From the IMG/VR virus record IMGVR_UViG_3300017917_002434, positions 186,001 to 250,000 of that record: 64,000 bases of DNA, one strand, 5' to 3'. The notes below the pieces were generated by a model that worked only from the letters and a program-made list of their open reading frames with translations, ran no database searches and was not told the origin of the DNA. Shown here one piece after another: positions 1 to 10,700 of the stretch. Position numbers and translations under genes: made by a program. The first letter of the stretch is position 1. Each line of letters opens with the position of its first letter.

Positions 1-1
1 G

Positions 2-1342
2 ATAGATACCGGCGATATTGTAGTACGCGGTAATAGAATTACTACAACACTTTCAAACAGCGACCTTGAATTACGTGCTAACGGCACGGGGTCTGTAATA
101 ATTGACAACACAGATTTAATCGTAAACGGTGACCTAATAGTTACTACAGATGTACAATTAAACAACACACAGATTACCGGAACACTGACTCACAATGGTA
201 CTGCTAATCATACAGGAACTGTAAATCAAACTGGAGCATATAATTTAACCGGAAATATGAATATCACCGGTACTGCTCAATACAGCAATATTCGTGTAGA
301 AGGCAACGTTATTAGAACTACAGTACCAGGCAGCGATCTAACTTTCCAGGCCACGGGTGCCGGCATAATCACTGCTCCTTTCAATGACGTTGAGATAACA
401 CAGAATTTAACTGTATCGGGGGATGTAACTACTACTGATATAGTAGCTTCAAACTCAGTTACAGCACCGATTATCAACTTAGGTTCTATAACTATCAGCG
501 GTAACCTTATTACCACAAACACATCTAATACCAATTTAGAACTTAGAGCTAACGGCACCGGCGGAATAGAATTAGAGTCTATCATAGTCAATCAAAATCA
601 GATTACTACTCAAAATAACACAGATATTGTTATCGCTCCAAACGGCACAGGTATCGTTGATTTCCAGGGTACACAGGCCGTAAGATTGCCGAGAGGGACA
701 GTGGCAGAACGTCCAGTTGGTCAAGCTGGTCAATTGAGATATAACACTACCAGCAATTATTACGAAGGTTTCGACGGAACAAATTGGCGTAGATTAGACG
801 GTGTTTATGACCTAGATGAAAATACCTACATAACTCCAGAGACTACTCCCGGAGCCAATGATAACGTTATTAGTTTTTACATTAATGGTCTGAATCGTGC
901 TACCTTAAACGCTACAGGATTTTCTACAAGTAACGTAGATATAGGCAATATAAATATCACGGGTAATACGATTTCTACTACCAATACTGACGGGAACTTA
1001 ATATTGGCTCCGAACGGTACTGGTAGTACTGTTATTGGCGTTTTTGCCTTACGTAATAATACTATTACAAACACACAGAATGACGCTGTAACTTCTTTTA
1101 ACCAAACAGGTACCGGATACTTTAAAATTTCCGGAACCAACGGCTTCGTCCTTCCAAGAGGATCAGACGCAGAAAGAGGAGTGATTTTTGAAACAGGTAT
1201 GATGAGATACAATACCACAGATCAGCGTGTAGAAGTGTATGATGGCATAACTTGGGTTTCGGCAGCAGGTAGCACAGGAACTGGTATTACTTATAGCGAA
1301 GCAGAAGGATTAGCTATTACAACAGCATTAATTTTTGGATGA
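2..1342 (+). CDS. Tail fibre/baseplate-appendage structural protein, C-terminal part (5' end outside window)
   Basis: Frame of ORF 257..1342 is open back to position 2 (IDTGDIVVRGNRITTT...). Repeated 'I.GN.ITT..N.(D/N)L.L.(A/P)NGTG' units and two 'LPRG..AERP....G..RYNTT...E.(F/Y)DG..W' units typical of T4-like fibre proteins. Confidence 0.7.
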   Translation: MDTGDIVVRGNRITTTLSNSDLELRANGTGSVIIDNTDLIVNGDLIVTTDVQLNNTQITGTLTHNGTANHTGTVNQTGAYNLTGNMNITGTAQYSNIRVEGNVIRTTVPGSDLTFQATGAGIITAPFNDVEITQNLTVSGDVTTTDIVASNSVTAPIINLGSITISGNLITTNTSNTNLELRANGTGGIELESIIVNQNQITTQNNTDIVIAPNGTGIVDFQGTQAVRLPRGTVAERPVGQAGQLRYNTTSNYYEGFDGTNWRRLDGVYDLDENTYITPETTPGANDNVISFYINGLNRATLNATGFSTSNVDIGNINITGNTISTTNTDGNLILAPNGTGSTVIGVFALRNNTITNTQNDAVTSFNQTGTGYFKISGTNGFVLPRGSDAERGVIFETGMMRYNTTDQRVEVYDGITWVSAAGSTGTGITYSEAEGLAITTALIFG

Positions 1343-1350
1343 TAGATTAG

Positions 1351-1680
1351 ATGGCAACATTTTTTAGAAACAAAGTAGTTAAAGACCTAGGAATGATGTC
1401 TACCCATATGGTAGAAACTACTGCCGCCAGCCGAGTTACAGTTATCGGTCTAAGTATGACCAATCTAACAACAGCAGTCATCAAAGTCAGCATAACATTA
1501 ACAGACAATACTTCTACTACAGGTTATTTTATCAAAGATGTTACTATACCACCAAATCAAAGTTTACGAGTTATTAATGGTGGAGAGAAGTTAGTCATGG
1601 CAGAAAATAATTTATTAGCAGCTTTTGCCGATAGAGAAAATGCTGCCGATGTAATTGTAAGCTACGTCGAAATTATATAA
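1351..1680 (+). CDS. Small virion structural/adaptor protein (109 aa)
   Basis: Compact beta-rich ORF directly after a fibre gene; similar size and pattern to 13758..14078. Confidence 0.5.
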   Translation: MATFFRNKVVKDLGMMSTHMVETTAASRVTVIGLSMTNLTTAVIKVSITLTDNTSTTGYFIKDVTIPPNQSLRVINGGEKLVMAENNLLAAFADRENAADVIVSYVEII

Positions 1681-1689
1681 GGAATTGAT

Positions 1690-2049
1690 ATGACATATTA
1701 CATAGGTGATTTTAACGTAGAAGGTATTTTAGGTGTTGGAGTTCCTAGATATTTTTATGGATTAAGAAGAACAGCTGACGGAGAACTTTATTTGGGTAGA
1801 CTTGATCAGCTTGATCCAGAAGGTGTGTTAGAAATTAACCAGCCCGGAATACCAGAAGACAATTACAATGACTTTGAAGTCGGAACAGATTTTTTTGAAG
1901 GTATTGATGTTAACCACGATACCGTGTATAAAAACTTAAATTATCAGCAATATCGTTGGGATAACAGAAATTTATATTATTATATCGATGAAGACGGACA
2001 GTTAGTAGTAAGGATCAGTGAAGAATACCAGTATCCTACAGGAATTTAA
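1690..2049 (+). CDS. Hypothetical acidic protein (119 aa), probably structural
   Basis: AAGGA Shine-Dalgarno at ~1679-1683; tightly packed in the structural operon. Confidence 0.5.
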   Translation: MTYYIGDFNVEGILGVGVPRYFYGLRRTADGELYLGRLDQLDPEGVLEINQPGIPEDNYNDFEVGTDFFEGIDVNHDTVYKNLNYQQYRWDNRNLYYYIDEDGQLVVRISEEYQYPTGI

Positions 2050-2059
2050 GAGATAAATT

Positions 2060-5000
2060 ATGGCAGAATATAAGATCAGTAGATTAAAGTTTACCTGGAA
2101 AGGTGACTGGCAACCTAATTTTAATTATATCGTCGACGATATTGTAAGATTTGGTGGTAAAAGTTATGTCTGTATTGAAAGACACACATCATCTACCCAG
2201 AGTTTTTATGCTGATTTAAATTTTATTGATCAGACTACGATACCGGCTTCACCCGATCCTCGATGGGAATTGATGTTCGATGGCTATGAGTGGCGAGGCG
2301 ACTGGACTCCGTTTACTGTTTACAATGTAGGCGATATAGTCAAATACAAATCTATCTCTTATATCTGTATCAGTTCACATACTTCTAACACAGTAACTAT
2401 TGGTCTAGAAGGCGACCAGACACATTGGGTTTCTTATGCTAGGTCAGATGACTGGAAAGGCGATTGGCAACCTTCTACCACATATTCTGTCAGAGATGTC
2501 GTAAAATATAACGGTATAGTATACAGAGCAGTAGCTAGAAATATTTCCAGCGATGTAACTACAGGTCTAGAAGGAAACTTTGCTGACTGGGAAATAGTAA
2601 ATCCAGCACAACAATGGAGACAGGCCTGGACAACAAATAGAAGATATAGAAAAAACGACATCGTCAAATACGGCGGTATAGTCTATAGATGTATTACTGG
2701 GCATACGTCAGCATTAACTGCCGCTGAAGGTTTAGAAGACGACCAAGCAGCTTGGGAAATAGTTTACAAAAATATAGAATACAAAGGCGACTGGGTACCG
2801 GCAGTAATAGCACCAGTTACCCCGGGCGTTAGATATAAACTAAACGATGTAGTAAAGTTTGGTGGTGGAATATGGATCTGCGTCGACTATCATACTAGTA
2901 CAACAGAATTTGACCTCACAAAATGGCAGGTGTATGTACCTGGCTTCGAATTTGAAAATGAGTGGAATACTAATACTGTCTATCAAAGAGGCGATGTTGT
3001 TAGATATGGGGGTTACTCTTATGAGGCTTTGAATAATAGCATAGGTCAGAATCCTGCTACTTCAGCACAACAAAACGACGATAGTTCTATAGCATTCTGG
3101 AAATTATTAAACATAGGCTTTAGGGTCAGCGGAGAGTGGGCTAACAACACAGCATATTTTGTCGGTGATGTTGTAAGACGCAACGGACAATTTTATGTTG
3201 CTATCAAAGATGTTTTAACAGATCCTAACATAGATACAGTTGGTTGGGAATTAGTAATTCCTGGAGAAAAATATAGAAAAGAATGGGAATTAGATGAAAC
3301 TTATGCTATAGGCGATATCGTAGTTTTTGAAGATAACACCTATAGATGTCTAGTTAAACACTTAGCTTCAAACATTAATCTAAGACCGGACAATGATTAC
3401 GATAATAATATATGGACATTGTTAATCAGAGGCGAGCCAACAAACAGTCTGAGATATCAAGGCGATATAAAATTCTATGGAGAAACTGATGACGGTAGTA
3501 CCGTAGGTCAGACTAGATTACCTATCGGAATAACAGGACAGACACTACGGGTAGTTAATAATGCTCCATCATGGGAAACATTTAATATAGCACAAAAAGT
3601 GTACTATGTGAGCACCGAAGGCTTTGACGATCCTGACAATGGCACTAGTTTGAACAGTGCTTTTAGAACAGTAAAGTATGCCTGCGATTTCGCCATTGGC
3701 CCGGCTACTATTTTTGTTAAAGCAGGAGTGTACTCCGAAATACTACCGATGAAAGTGCCGAGAGATGTTGCTATCGTAGGCGAAGAATTAAGAAGCACCA
3801 TAATTGAACCTGCTGTTGGGTATGAACTTTCAGACATGTTCTATGTTAACAACGGTTGTGGTATTAGGAATATGACGCTAAGAGGTTTAAATGGAACTCT
3901 TACAGCAATTAATCAATATGGAACCAGAAGACCAACAGCCGGTGCGTATGTGTCGTTAGATCCAGGATCAGGACCTACAGACAGCTCTGTTTGGATCACT
4001 ACAAAATCTTGCTATGTACAAAACGTAACAACTTTTGGTAATGGTTGTGTAGGATTAAAAGTTGACGGTGCTTTACATGGCGGCGGCAATAAATCCATAG
4101 TAGCTAACGATTTTACACAGATTCTTTCAGATGGCATCGGAGCATGGGTTACTAACAACGGTCTTTCAGAACTTGTTTCAGTATTCTCATACTACGGTCA
4201 CATGGGATACTTGGCAGAAAACGGAGGTAAGATTCGTGCTACCAACGGTAACAGCTCTTATGGAACATATGGCTGCGTGGCTGAAGGTGTTGACGAAACT
4301 GAAACTCCTGCCGAAGGGTTCATCAATAACAGAACTTCTGAAGCGGTTATAGCATCAGCATTCTCAGGCGAAGCTAATGATGAAATTTTAAATCTCGAAT
4401 TCAGCAATGCTGGTGAAAATTATACTTCGGCGACTATGAGTTTCGTAGGTTCAGGAGCAGGAGCATCAGTTATCGTTGATGAGTTCCGAGACGGGGGCAT
4501 CTTTGAATGGAGGTTATTAGATCCGTTGCCTGGAGGATTTTTAGGCGGTGGCGGATTTCAGTCTACAGGAAACAATGCCCAGGCCGGTGACACAACGGGG
4601 ATTAATATCGCTTCAAACGACGAAGCATTGCCCGGAGATTACATAGGTGCTAGAATCATTATTACCAGCGGAACCGGTACAGGACAATACGGAATAGTTG
4701 CTTCTTATGATATTGTAACTAAGAGAATAGACGTAGCTAACGAATATGACGGAGCAGCAGGATGGACGCATGTTATTCCTGGTTATCCTCTAGCTCCATT
4801 GTTAGATACTACTTCAGTATATAGGATTGAGCCACGACCAATCACTGCTGCTCCTCTATACACTAACGATTCAATACCCGGAGATATAAGATATTTTACA
4901 GACGCTATCTATATTAAAGAGATAGGTCGATTAGTAGCGACCGGTCGACCAGCCGATGGAAGTGTAGGATCTATCTATATAGGTACTGATGAAACTAATA

Positions 5001-7702
5001 TTACTATATCTAATGCTGCTAATAACCCAGAAATTTATACATCAGTAGCATGGGACGGAACCAGCAGAATTGCTGCTGTAACCAATGCTACTTCTGCTAT
5101 TGTCGGTACTTGGAATACGGGGTCATCATCATTTACTTTTAATTCTATCGTAACTAATATTGGAGTTAATAATTGTACTAACATAGCCGGTGGCGGCGGC
5201 TCATTTGTAGCTACAGCACCTTCAACAACTGGTTCTGTAGCAGTATATACCTCATCGTGGATTTTAAGATCGACACCAGTATCAGCACCCTGGACTGCTG
5301 TAGCTTATGGAAAAAATAGATTTGTTATAATTTCTACCACAGGAAAAACAGCTATTAGTACCAACTCGGGCGTAACATGGACAGCAGGCTCAGACATACC
5401 TGCGTTCGGTGATTCAACACAGCCACAATGGACTGATATGTGCTACGGAAACAATAGATTTGTAGCCATATCATCCAATACCAATGCTGTAGCCTATAGC
5501 TTTGATGGTCTAACGTGGTACTTGTCGGCTCTGCCTTTCGATACGAACTGGAGAAGAATCAGTTATGATCAGGGATTATTTGTAGCTATTAGTACTTCTT
5601 TAACACAATATGCTGCTGTTTCGGACAGCGGCGGCTTCGCTTGGGAATTAGTAACTTTAGACGGAGGATCTCTAGGTAGAGATGCTCTAGCATTTGTTCC
5701 TAATACTACTACTAGAGGTCGATGGGTTTTGTTGTCTGTAGATGCTGGGACTGTTGACACATTTCAGTACGGTGCTACATTCAGATGTAGACCGGTTATC
5801 ACAGGCGGTAGAATACAATCGATGAAAATATGGGAACCAGGCAGCGGCTATACCGGACAGCCCGTGTTCACGCTCAGCGATCCAGTATCAACATCAAACC
5901 CCCAATACGAATTTAGAATTGGTAACGGTGTCCTAGCTAATCCTACCTTTATTAATAGAGGTATTGGATATAAAACATCTACTACAAGAGTAACAGTAAG
6001 TGGTGACGGATATGCTGATATCTACGAACTCGGTGGAGATATCATAGTTGACGGAGTTCCTAGGGTTGTTAGAACTGGTGCTAACTTTGAAATTAATGCT
6101 ATTAACTGGGAACCATCAGTACTTCCCATCTCTGGACCGTGGGGCGGAGTTACTGCTGGTACAGATAAATTCGTAGGAATTACATTTCAAGGAGTCGGAA
6201 CAACGCAGATAGTGTATTCAGCAGACGGAGAAGGTTGGACCAGTGCTACGATTCCGCAGCAGCGAGATTGGAGAGATATAAGATTTGGCAACGGCGTCTA
6301 CATCGCAGTAGCCTATGGTACTGTGTTTGCTAGAAGCACTAACGGGACTACTTGGTCTACAGTAACAGTTCCTAATGCCAATTGGTCTTCTGTAGATTAT
6401 CTAAATGGAAAATGGGTAGCTATTTCTAACGGTTCGGCAAACGCTCTGTATTCTGAGGACAACGGCCTAACATGGCAGACATCTTCACTGCCGGTCAGTG
6501 CTCAATGGATCAAAGTTAAGCACGGAGCTAATAATTTCATCGCTATCTCTAACAACAATGATAAGGCAGCAATATCCGTAGATGGTCAAGCATGGCTACT
6601 AAGAACTTTGCCGACGACAGCCCAGTGGTCGGATGTTGCCTACGGAAATAATCATGTGATATTGATCGCAAGAAATAGCAATCAGATAGCACTTTCCGAG
6701 GACGATGGAAACTCTTGGGACGCAGCATCCGCACCTTCAACAGACGATTGGGCACATATTATATTCGCCAATAGAAAGTTTGTTTTATTTTCGGGTACCG
6801 GATCAAAAATTTATTCATCTAGATTAGGTCTATCGTGGCTAGAAAGAGATTATCCGTTAAGTAATCCAACGGCAGCAGTAGCAGGATTGAACAAATATCT
6901 AGTTTTATCTGACAATGATGCTGCTGTAGCTTCAGACGGATCAGATAACAAAGTTTACAGAGTGTTAACAGTACAGATTTTAAGTGGTTCTATAGGAAAT
7001 TACAGATTAGCTATCAGAGTGGGTCCTGATTTCAACAGAACAACTAGTCCGGAACATAATGCTCCCATAGAGATTCGCGAAAAATACAGTCAAGTTCGAT
7101 TAACTGGACACGATTTCTTAGAGATAGGTACTGGTAATTTTACCCAAACAAATTATCCTACTACTAATCTTATTAATCTAGCACCAGAAAATGAAGTGTA
7201 TAATCGAGGTGGCGGTCGTGTATTCTATACATCAACAGACCAAGACGGTAATTTCCGAGTTGGTGAACTGTTTGCTGTTGAACAGGCTACTGGCGTAGTT
7301 ACAATTAGTGCTGATTATTTCGACCTCGGTGGATTATCAGAATTGAGATTAGGTGGTATACGTGTGGGCGGAACAGGAGTTGTTATCAGAGAGTTTTCTA
7401 CAGATGTTACATTTGCTGCTGATTCTAACAATGTAGTGCCTACACAGAGAGCTATTAAGTCCTATATAGAAAGACGTATTTCAGGTGGTGGATCAGAAGC
7501 AGCTACAGGTACATTGATCGCAGGTACAGTTAGAATAGGAGGACCGAATAATATCGGTAGTACTACTAATACCTACGTAAATTTACCTAGAAATATGAAT
7601 ATGAGAAAAGGGGCCTCGGGTATGATGCTGGCTATGAGCATGTTTTCGGACGCTTTTAACAGTAATCTAGACGGGCAAGAAGTTGGTAGGGATTTAGGTT
7701 AA
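2060..7702 (+). CDS. Giant tail fibre/spike protein (1880 aa): 8 N-terminal CBM5/12-like repeats, beta-helix-like region, BNR/beta-propeller-like repeats
   Basis: Eight 'W.G.W.....Y...D(I/V)V.(Y/F)GG..Y.C' repeats; 'YYVS..G.D...G.....AFRTVKYA' beta-helix start; many 'S.DG..W......W..(I/V).YG...F(V/I)A' units; paralogue of 7745..13744. Confidence 0.75.
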   Translation: MAEYKISRLKFTWKGDWQPNFNYIVDDIVRFGGKSYVCIERHTSSTQSFYADLNFIDQTTIPASPDPRWELMFDGYEWRGDWTPFTVYNVGDIVKYKSISYICISSHTSNTVTIGLEGDQTHWVSYARSDDWKGDWQPSTTYSVRDVVKYNGIVYRAVARNISSDVTTGLEGNFADWEIVNPAQQWRQAWTTNRRYRKNDIVKYGGIVYRCITGHTSALTAAEGLEDDQAAWEIVYKNIEYKGDWVPAVIAPVTPGVRYKLNDVVKFGGGIWICVDYHTSTTEFDLTKWQVYVPGFEFENEWNTNTVYQRGDVVRYGGYSYEALNNSIGQNPATSAQQNDDSSIAFWKLLNIGFRVSGEWANNTAYFVGDVVRRNGQFYVAIKDVLTDPNIDTVGWELVIPGEKYRKEWELDETYAIGDIVVFEDNTYRCLVKHLASNINLRPDNDYDNNIWTLLIRGEPTNSLRYQGDIKFYGETDDGSTVGQTRLPIGITGQTLRVVNNAPSWETFNIAQKVYYVSTEGFDDPDNGTSLNSAFRTVKYACDFAIGPATIFVKAGVYSEILPMKVPRDVAIVGEELRSTIIEPAVGYELSDMFYVNNGCGIRNMTLRGLNGTLTAINQYGTRRPTAGAYVSLDPGSGPTDSSVWITTKSCYVQNVTTFGNGCVGLKVDGALHGGGNKSIVANDFTQILSDGIGAWVTNNGLSELVSVFSYYGHMGYLAENGGKIRATNGNSSYGTYGCVAEGVDETETPAEGFINNRTSEAVIASAFSGEANDEILNLEFSNAGENYTSATMSFVGSGAGASVIVDEFRDGGIFEWRLLDPLPGGFLGGGGFQSTGNNAQAGDTTGINIASNDEALPGDYIGARIIITSGTGTGQYGIVASYDIVTKRIDVANEYDGAAGWTHVIPGYPLAPLLDTTSVYRIEPRPITAAPLYTNDSIPGDIRYFTDAIYIKEIGRLVATGRPADGSVGSIYIGTDETNITISNAANNPEIYTSVAWDGTSRIAAVTNATSAIVGTWNTGSSSFTFNSIVTNIGVNNCTNIAGGGGSFVATAPSTTGSVAVYTSSWILRSTPVSAPWTAVAYGKNRFVIISTTGKTAISTNSGVTWTAGSDIPAFGDSTQPQWTDMCYGNNRFVAISSNTNAVAYSFDGLTWYLSALPFDTNWRRISYDQGLFVAISTSLTQYAAVSDSGGFAWELVTLDGGSLGRDALAFVPNTTTRGRWVLLSVDAGTVDTFQYGATFRCRPVITGGRIQSMKIWEPGSGYTGQPVFTLSDPVSTSNPQYEFRIGNGVLANPTFINRGIGYKTSTTRVTVSGDGYADIYELGGDIIVDGVPRVVRTGANFEINAINWEPSVLPISGPWGGVTAGTDKFVGITFQGVGTTQIVYSADGEGWTSATIPQQRDWRDIRFGNGVYIAVAYGTVFARSTNGTTWSTVTVPNANWSSVDYLNGKWVAISNGSANALYSEDNGLTWQTSSLPVSAQWIKVKHGANNFIAISNNNDKAAISVDGQAWLLRTLPTTAQWSDVAYGNNHVILIARNSNQIALSEDDGNSWDAASAPSTDDWAHIIFANRKFVLFSGTGSKIYSSRLGLSWLERDYPLSNPTAAVAGLNKYLVLSDNDAAVASDGSDNKVYRVLTVQILSGSIGNYRLAIRVGPDFNRTTSPEHNAPIEIREKYSQVRLTGHDFLEIGTGNFTQTNYPTTNLINLAPENEVYNRGGGRVFYTSTDQDGNFRVGELFAVEQATGVVTISADYFDLGGLSELRLGGIRVGGTGVVIREFSTDVTFAADSNNVVPTQRAIKSYIERRISGGGSEAATGTLIAGTVRIGGPNNIGSTTNTYVNLPRNMNMRKGASGMMLAMSMFSDAFNSNLDGQEVGRDLG

Positions 7703-7714
7703 AAACATATTAGA

Positions 7715-7720
7715 TAAATA
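7715..7720 (+). promoter_or_regulatory. T4-type late promoter core (TAAATA)
   Basis: gaTAAATA in the intergenic gap, followed by GGAG SD and ATG 7745; the same motif recurs before most structural genes. Confidence 0.65.
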
Positions 7721-7744
7721 TGGTATCGAAGATCGGAGTAATCG

Positions 7745-10700
7745 ATGGCAGAGTTTAAATTAGGTAGAATTAGGTTTATATGGAAAGGCGAATGGGCCGC
7801 GGGTACCTCTTACCTTAAAGATGACGTAGTCAGAGTAAACGGTAAAGTTTATATCTGCGTTATCGGACATACGGCAGATTCAAATTTTTATGTAGATGCG
7901 AATAATGTTCCCGCACGTTGGAATCAAGCCAGCGATGGCCAATCTTGGAGAGGTGACTGGACTGTTGACACTGAATATTTTGTCAACGATATCGTTAAAT
8001 ATGGCGGACAGTTATACATCTGTTTAGTAGGACACACATCGTCTGCTAACATCAACGACGGATTAGAAGTTGATCTAGATCTTGGCGACAGTACACAGAC
8101 TAAGTGGGATCAATTTGCCGAAGGTTTTGATTGGAAAGGCGACTGGACTACCAGCACCAGATACAAATTAAACGACATAGTCAAATACGGCGGCAATACA
8201 TATCTATGTAATCTAGGACATATCTCTGCTCCTACCGCAGCCATGGGATTAGAAGGTCTAGATAGAGTAACATCAGGACAAAAAGCAGACATTGACAAAT
8301 GGGATCAGTTCTCTGAAGCATTTGACTGGAAAGGTCCATGGACACCATCTACTCGATATAAAATCAATGATGTAGTTTCCTTCGGCGGAACTACTTATGT
8401 ATGTAATGAAGGACATCCTGCTGCTGCGACATTCGCCTTAGGTCTTGAAGCAGATCAGGGTAAGTGGGATTATTTTAATCAAGGTATTGAATATCTCGGT
8501 GCTTGGGACGCAGACGCACAAAATTATAAAGTAAACGATCTAGTTAAAAACGGCAACGGCGTTTATATCTGTTTACAAAAGCATACTTCAAGCCTCTCAA
8601 GAACCTTCGAACAAGATGAAGATTCTGGTTATTGGGCACAATTCTTAGAAGGATTACAATTTGAAGATAGTTGGAACACGTCTACTATCTATCAACCTGG
8701 CGACATAGTTACCTATGGTGGGTATGCTTATGTTGCCACAACTAACCACAGTAACATCAAACCTACACAGGCAGTAACCGGAGCCCAGAACTGGGATCTA
8801 TTCACCACAGCATTTAAATTCCAACAAGACTGGTCAGGAGTCACCGCATATAAAGTCGGCGATGTTGTAAGGCTCAGCGGATATACCTATGTAGCTATCG
8901 CAGATAATACTAATTTCAAACCACCTAATCTAACATATTGGGAACAATTAAATCCTGGTATACGCTGGTTAGGTGCTTGGGCCAATGGTTACGGATATGT
9001 GTTAGGTGACGCTGTACGTTACGGACCTAACAGTTATATCTGCGTTCTAGCACACACATCTGCTACAGCAACAAATAGACCGGATGTAGACATCTCAGGA
9101 ACATTTTGGAATCTATTAGCTAACGGTCAAGAATCGTCCGTGTTAACAACACAAGGCGATATCGTTTACTACGGTGGTGCCGGGCCTACAAGATTACCTA
9201 TAGGTTCAGACGGACAGGTTCTTGTCGTTAACAATGCTGCAGCACCCGAATGGAAATATTGGGGTGAAGTAGATCAACTCTATTATGTGAGCTTAGAAGG
9301 TACAGACGAGCCAGCACCTACATACGGTATTACATTAGACAAACCATGGAGAACCGTAAGATACGCTGCTGACCAGATAGAAAAAGGCACTAGAAATCCA
9401 GAAGCTGCCTATCTGCTAGAAATTAATAGACAATTTGTACAGCGTGAAACAGTTCAGTGGATTAACTATCAGATTACCAACAACATCGCTCCTTTTGTTT
9501 CGAGTTTTTCTTATAATACAACCAAGTGTGAGCGTGATGTTGGATTAATCATTGACGCTTTATTATGGGATATCCGCCACGGCGGTAACGTAAGATCTAG
9601 ACAGGCTGCTGTTGAATACGTAACAAACGCCTCAACATTCTACGGTCTAGGACAAAAAGAAGAAACAGTAGCAGCGATTAATTATGCTGTTGATACATTG
9701 ATCAATACCTGTGTACTACTTAACACAGCACCGGCAACAAATTATCAAGTCACTAACAGCGTTCCAGTCAATGACAGAATCTTACAGATTATCAATACAA
9801 ATTATGTTGCTGAAGATTCATCCTTTACAGAAATTACTAATCTAAAAACACTAATCAACACAGCTATATCGGGCGGTGCGTTAGTGAATGTAGGAGCTGA
9901 AGTAAAACCTCAGAGAACTATATTAGTTAAGACTGGTGTATTCTTTGAAACACTACCAATCATTGTGCCTGTAGATACTGCGGTTGTTGGCGACGAATTA
10001 AGATCTACTAATATCAGACCGGCTACTAGCCAGATCGATCCAACAGATGTTCCTAAAAGTGTTGCTGCTCTAGTATGGTTAGCAAGCGTTCTAGAGGCGG
10101 TTGTTACAGGAGTTACATTTAGTAAAACTACCACAGGGTCAAATCCAAATACACTAACACAGAGTCAAACGAAACCATTCGCTGACAGCTCAGTGGGTAA
10201 TGTTGTGAATTTGGTAGTGCAGAATGCTTACACTTACATTACGGACACTCTGATAATAGGCGGCCCATCAGGTATTACGTTTGTAGGAACAAACACTCCG
10301 GTTAGTGATTATGATACTTACGCAGCAGTAAGACAACTAGAACTTAACAGAGAATTTATCGTAGCAGAAATTCATGCTTATATTGCTGATACATATCCCG
10401 CATACACATATTCTTTAGCGGCTTGTGCTCGAGATATTAATGAATATATAGATGCGGCAAAATATGATTTAATTTATCCTGGCAATTATAGAACGTTAAC
10501 AGCAGCAAAATGGTATGTTAACGGCGTTACTGGTTCAGTAACTGAAAACATGTTCCTAGTTCGAAACAGCACAGGCGTTAGAAATATGACTGTCCAAGGC
10601 CTAACAGGAACACTAACTGGACCAAATTCTTATGGTACATATAGACCAACAGCTGGTGCTTATGTTTCTTTAGATCCAGGCTGGGGCCCTAACGATCAGC

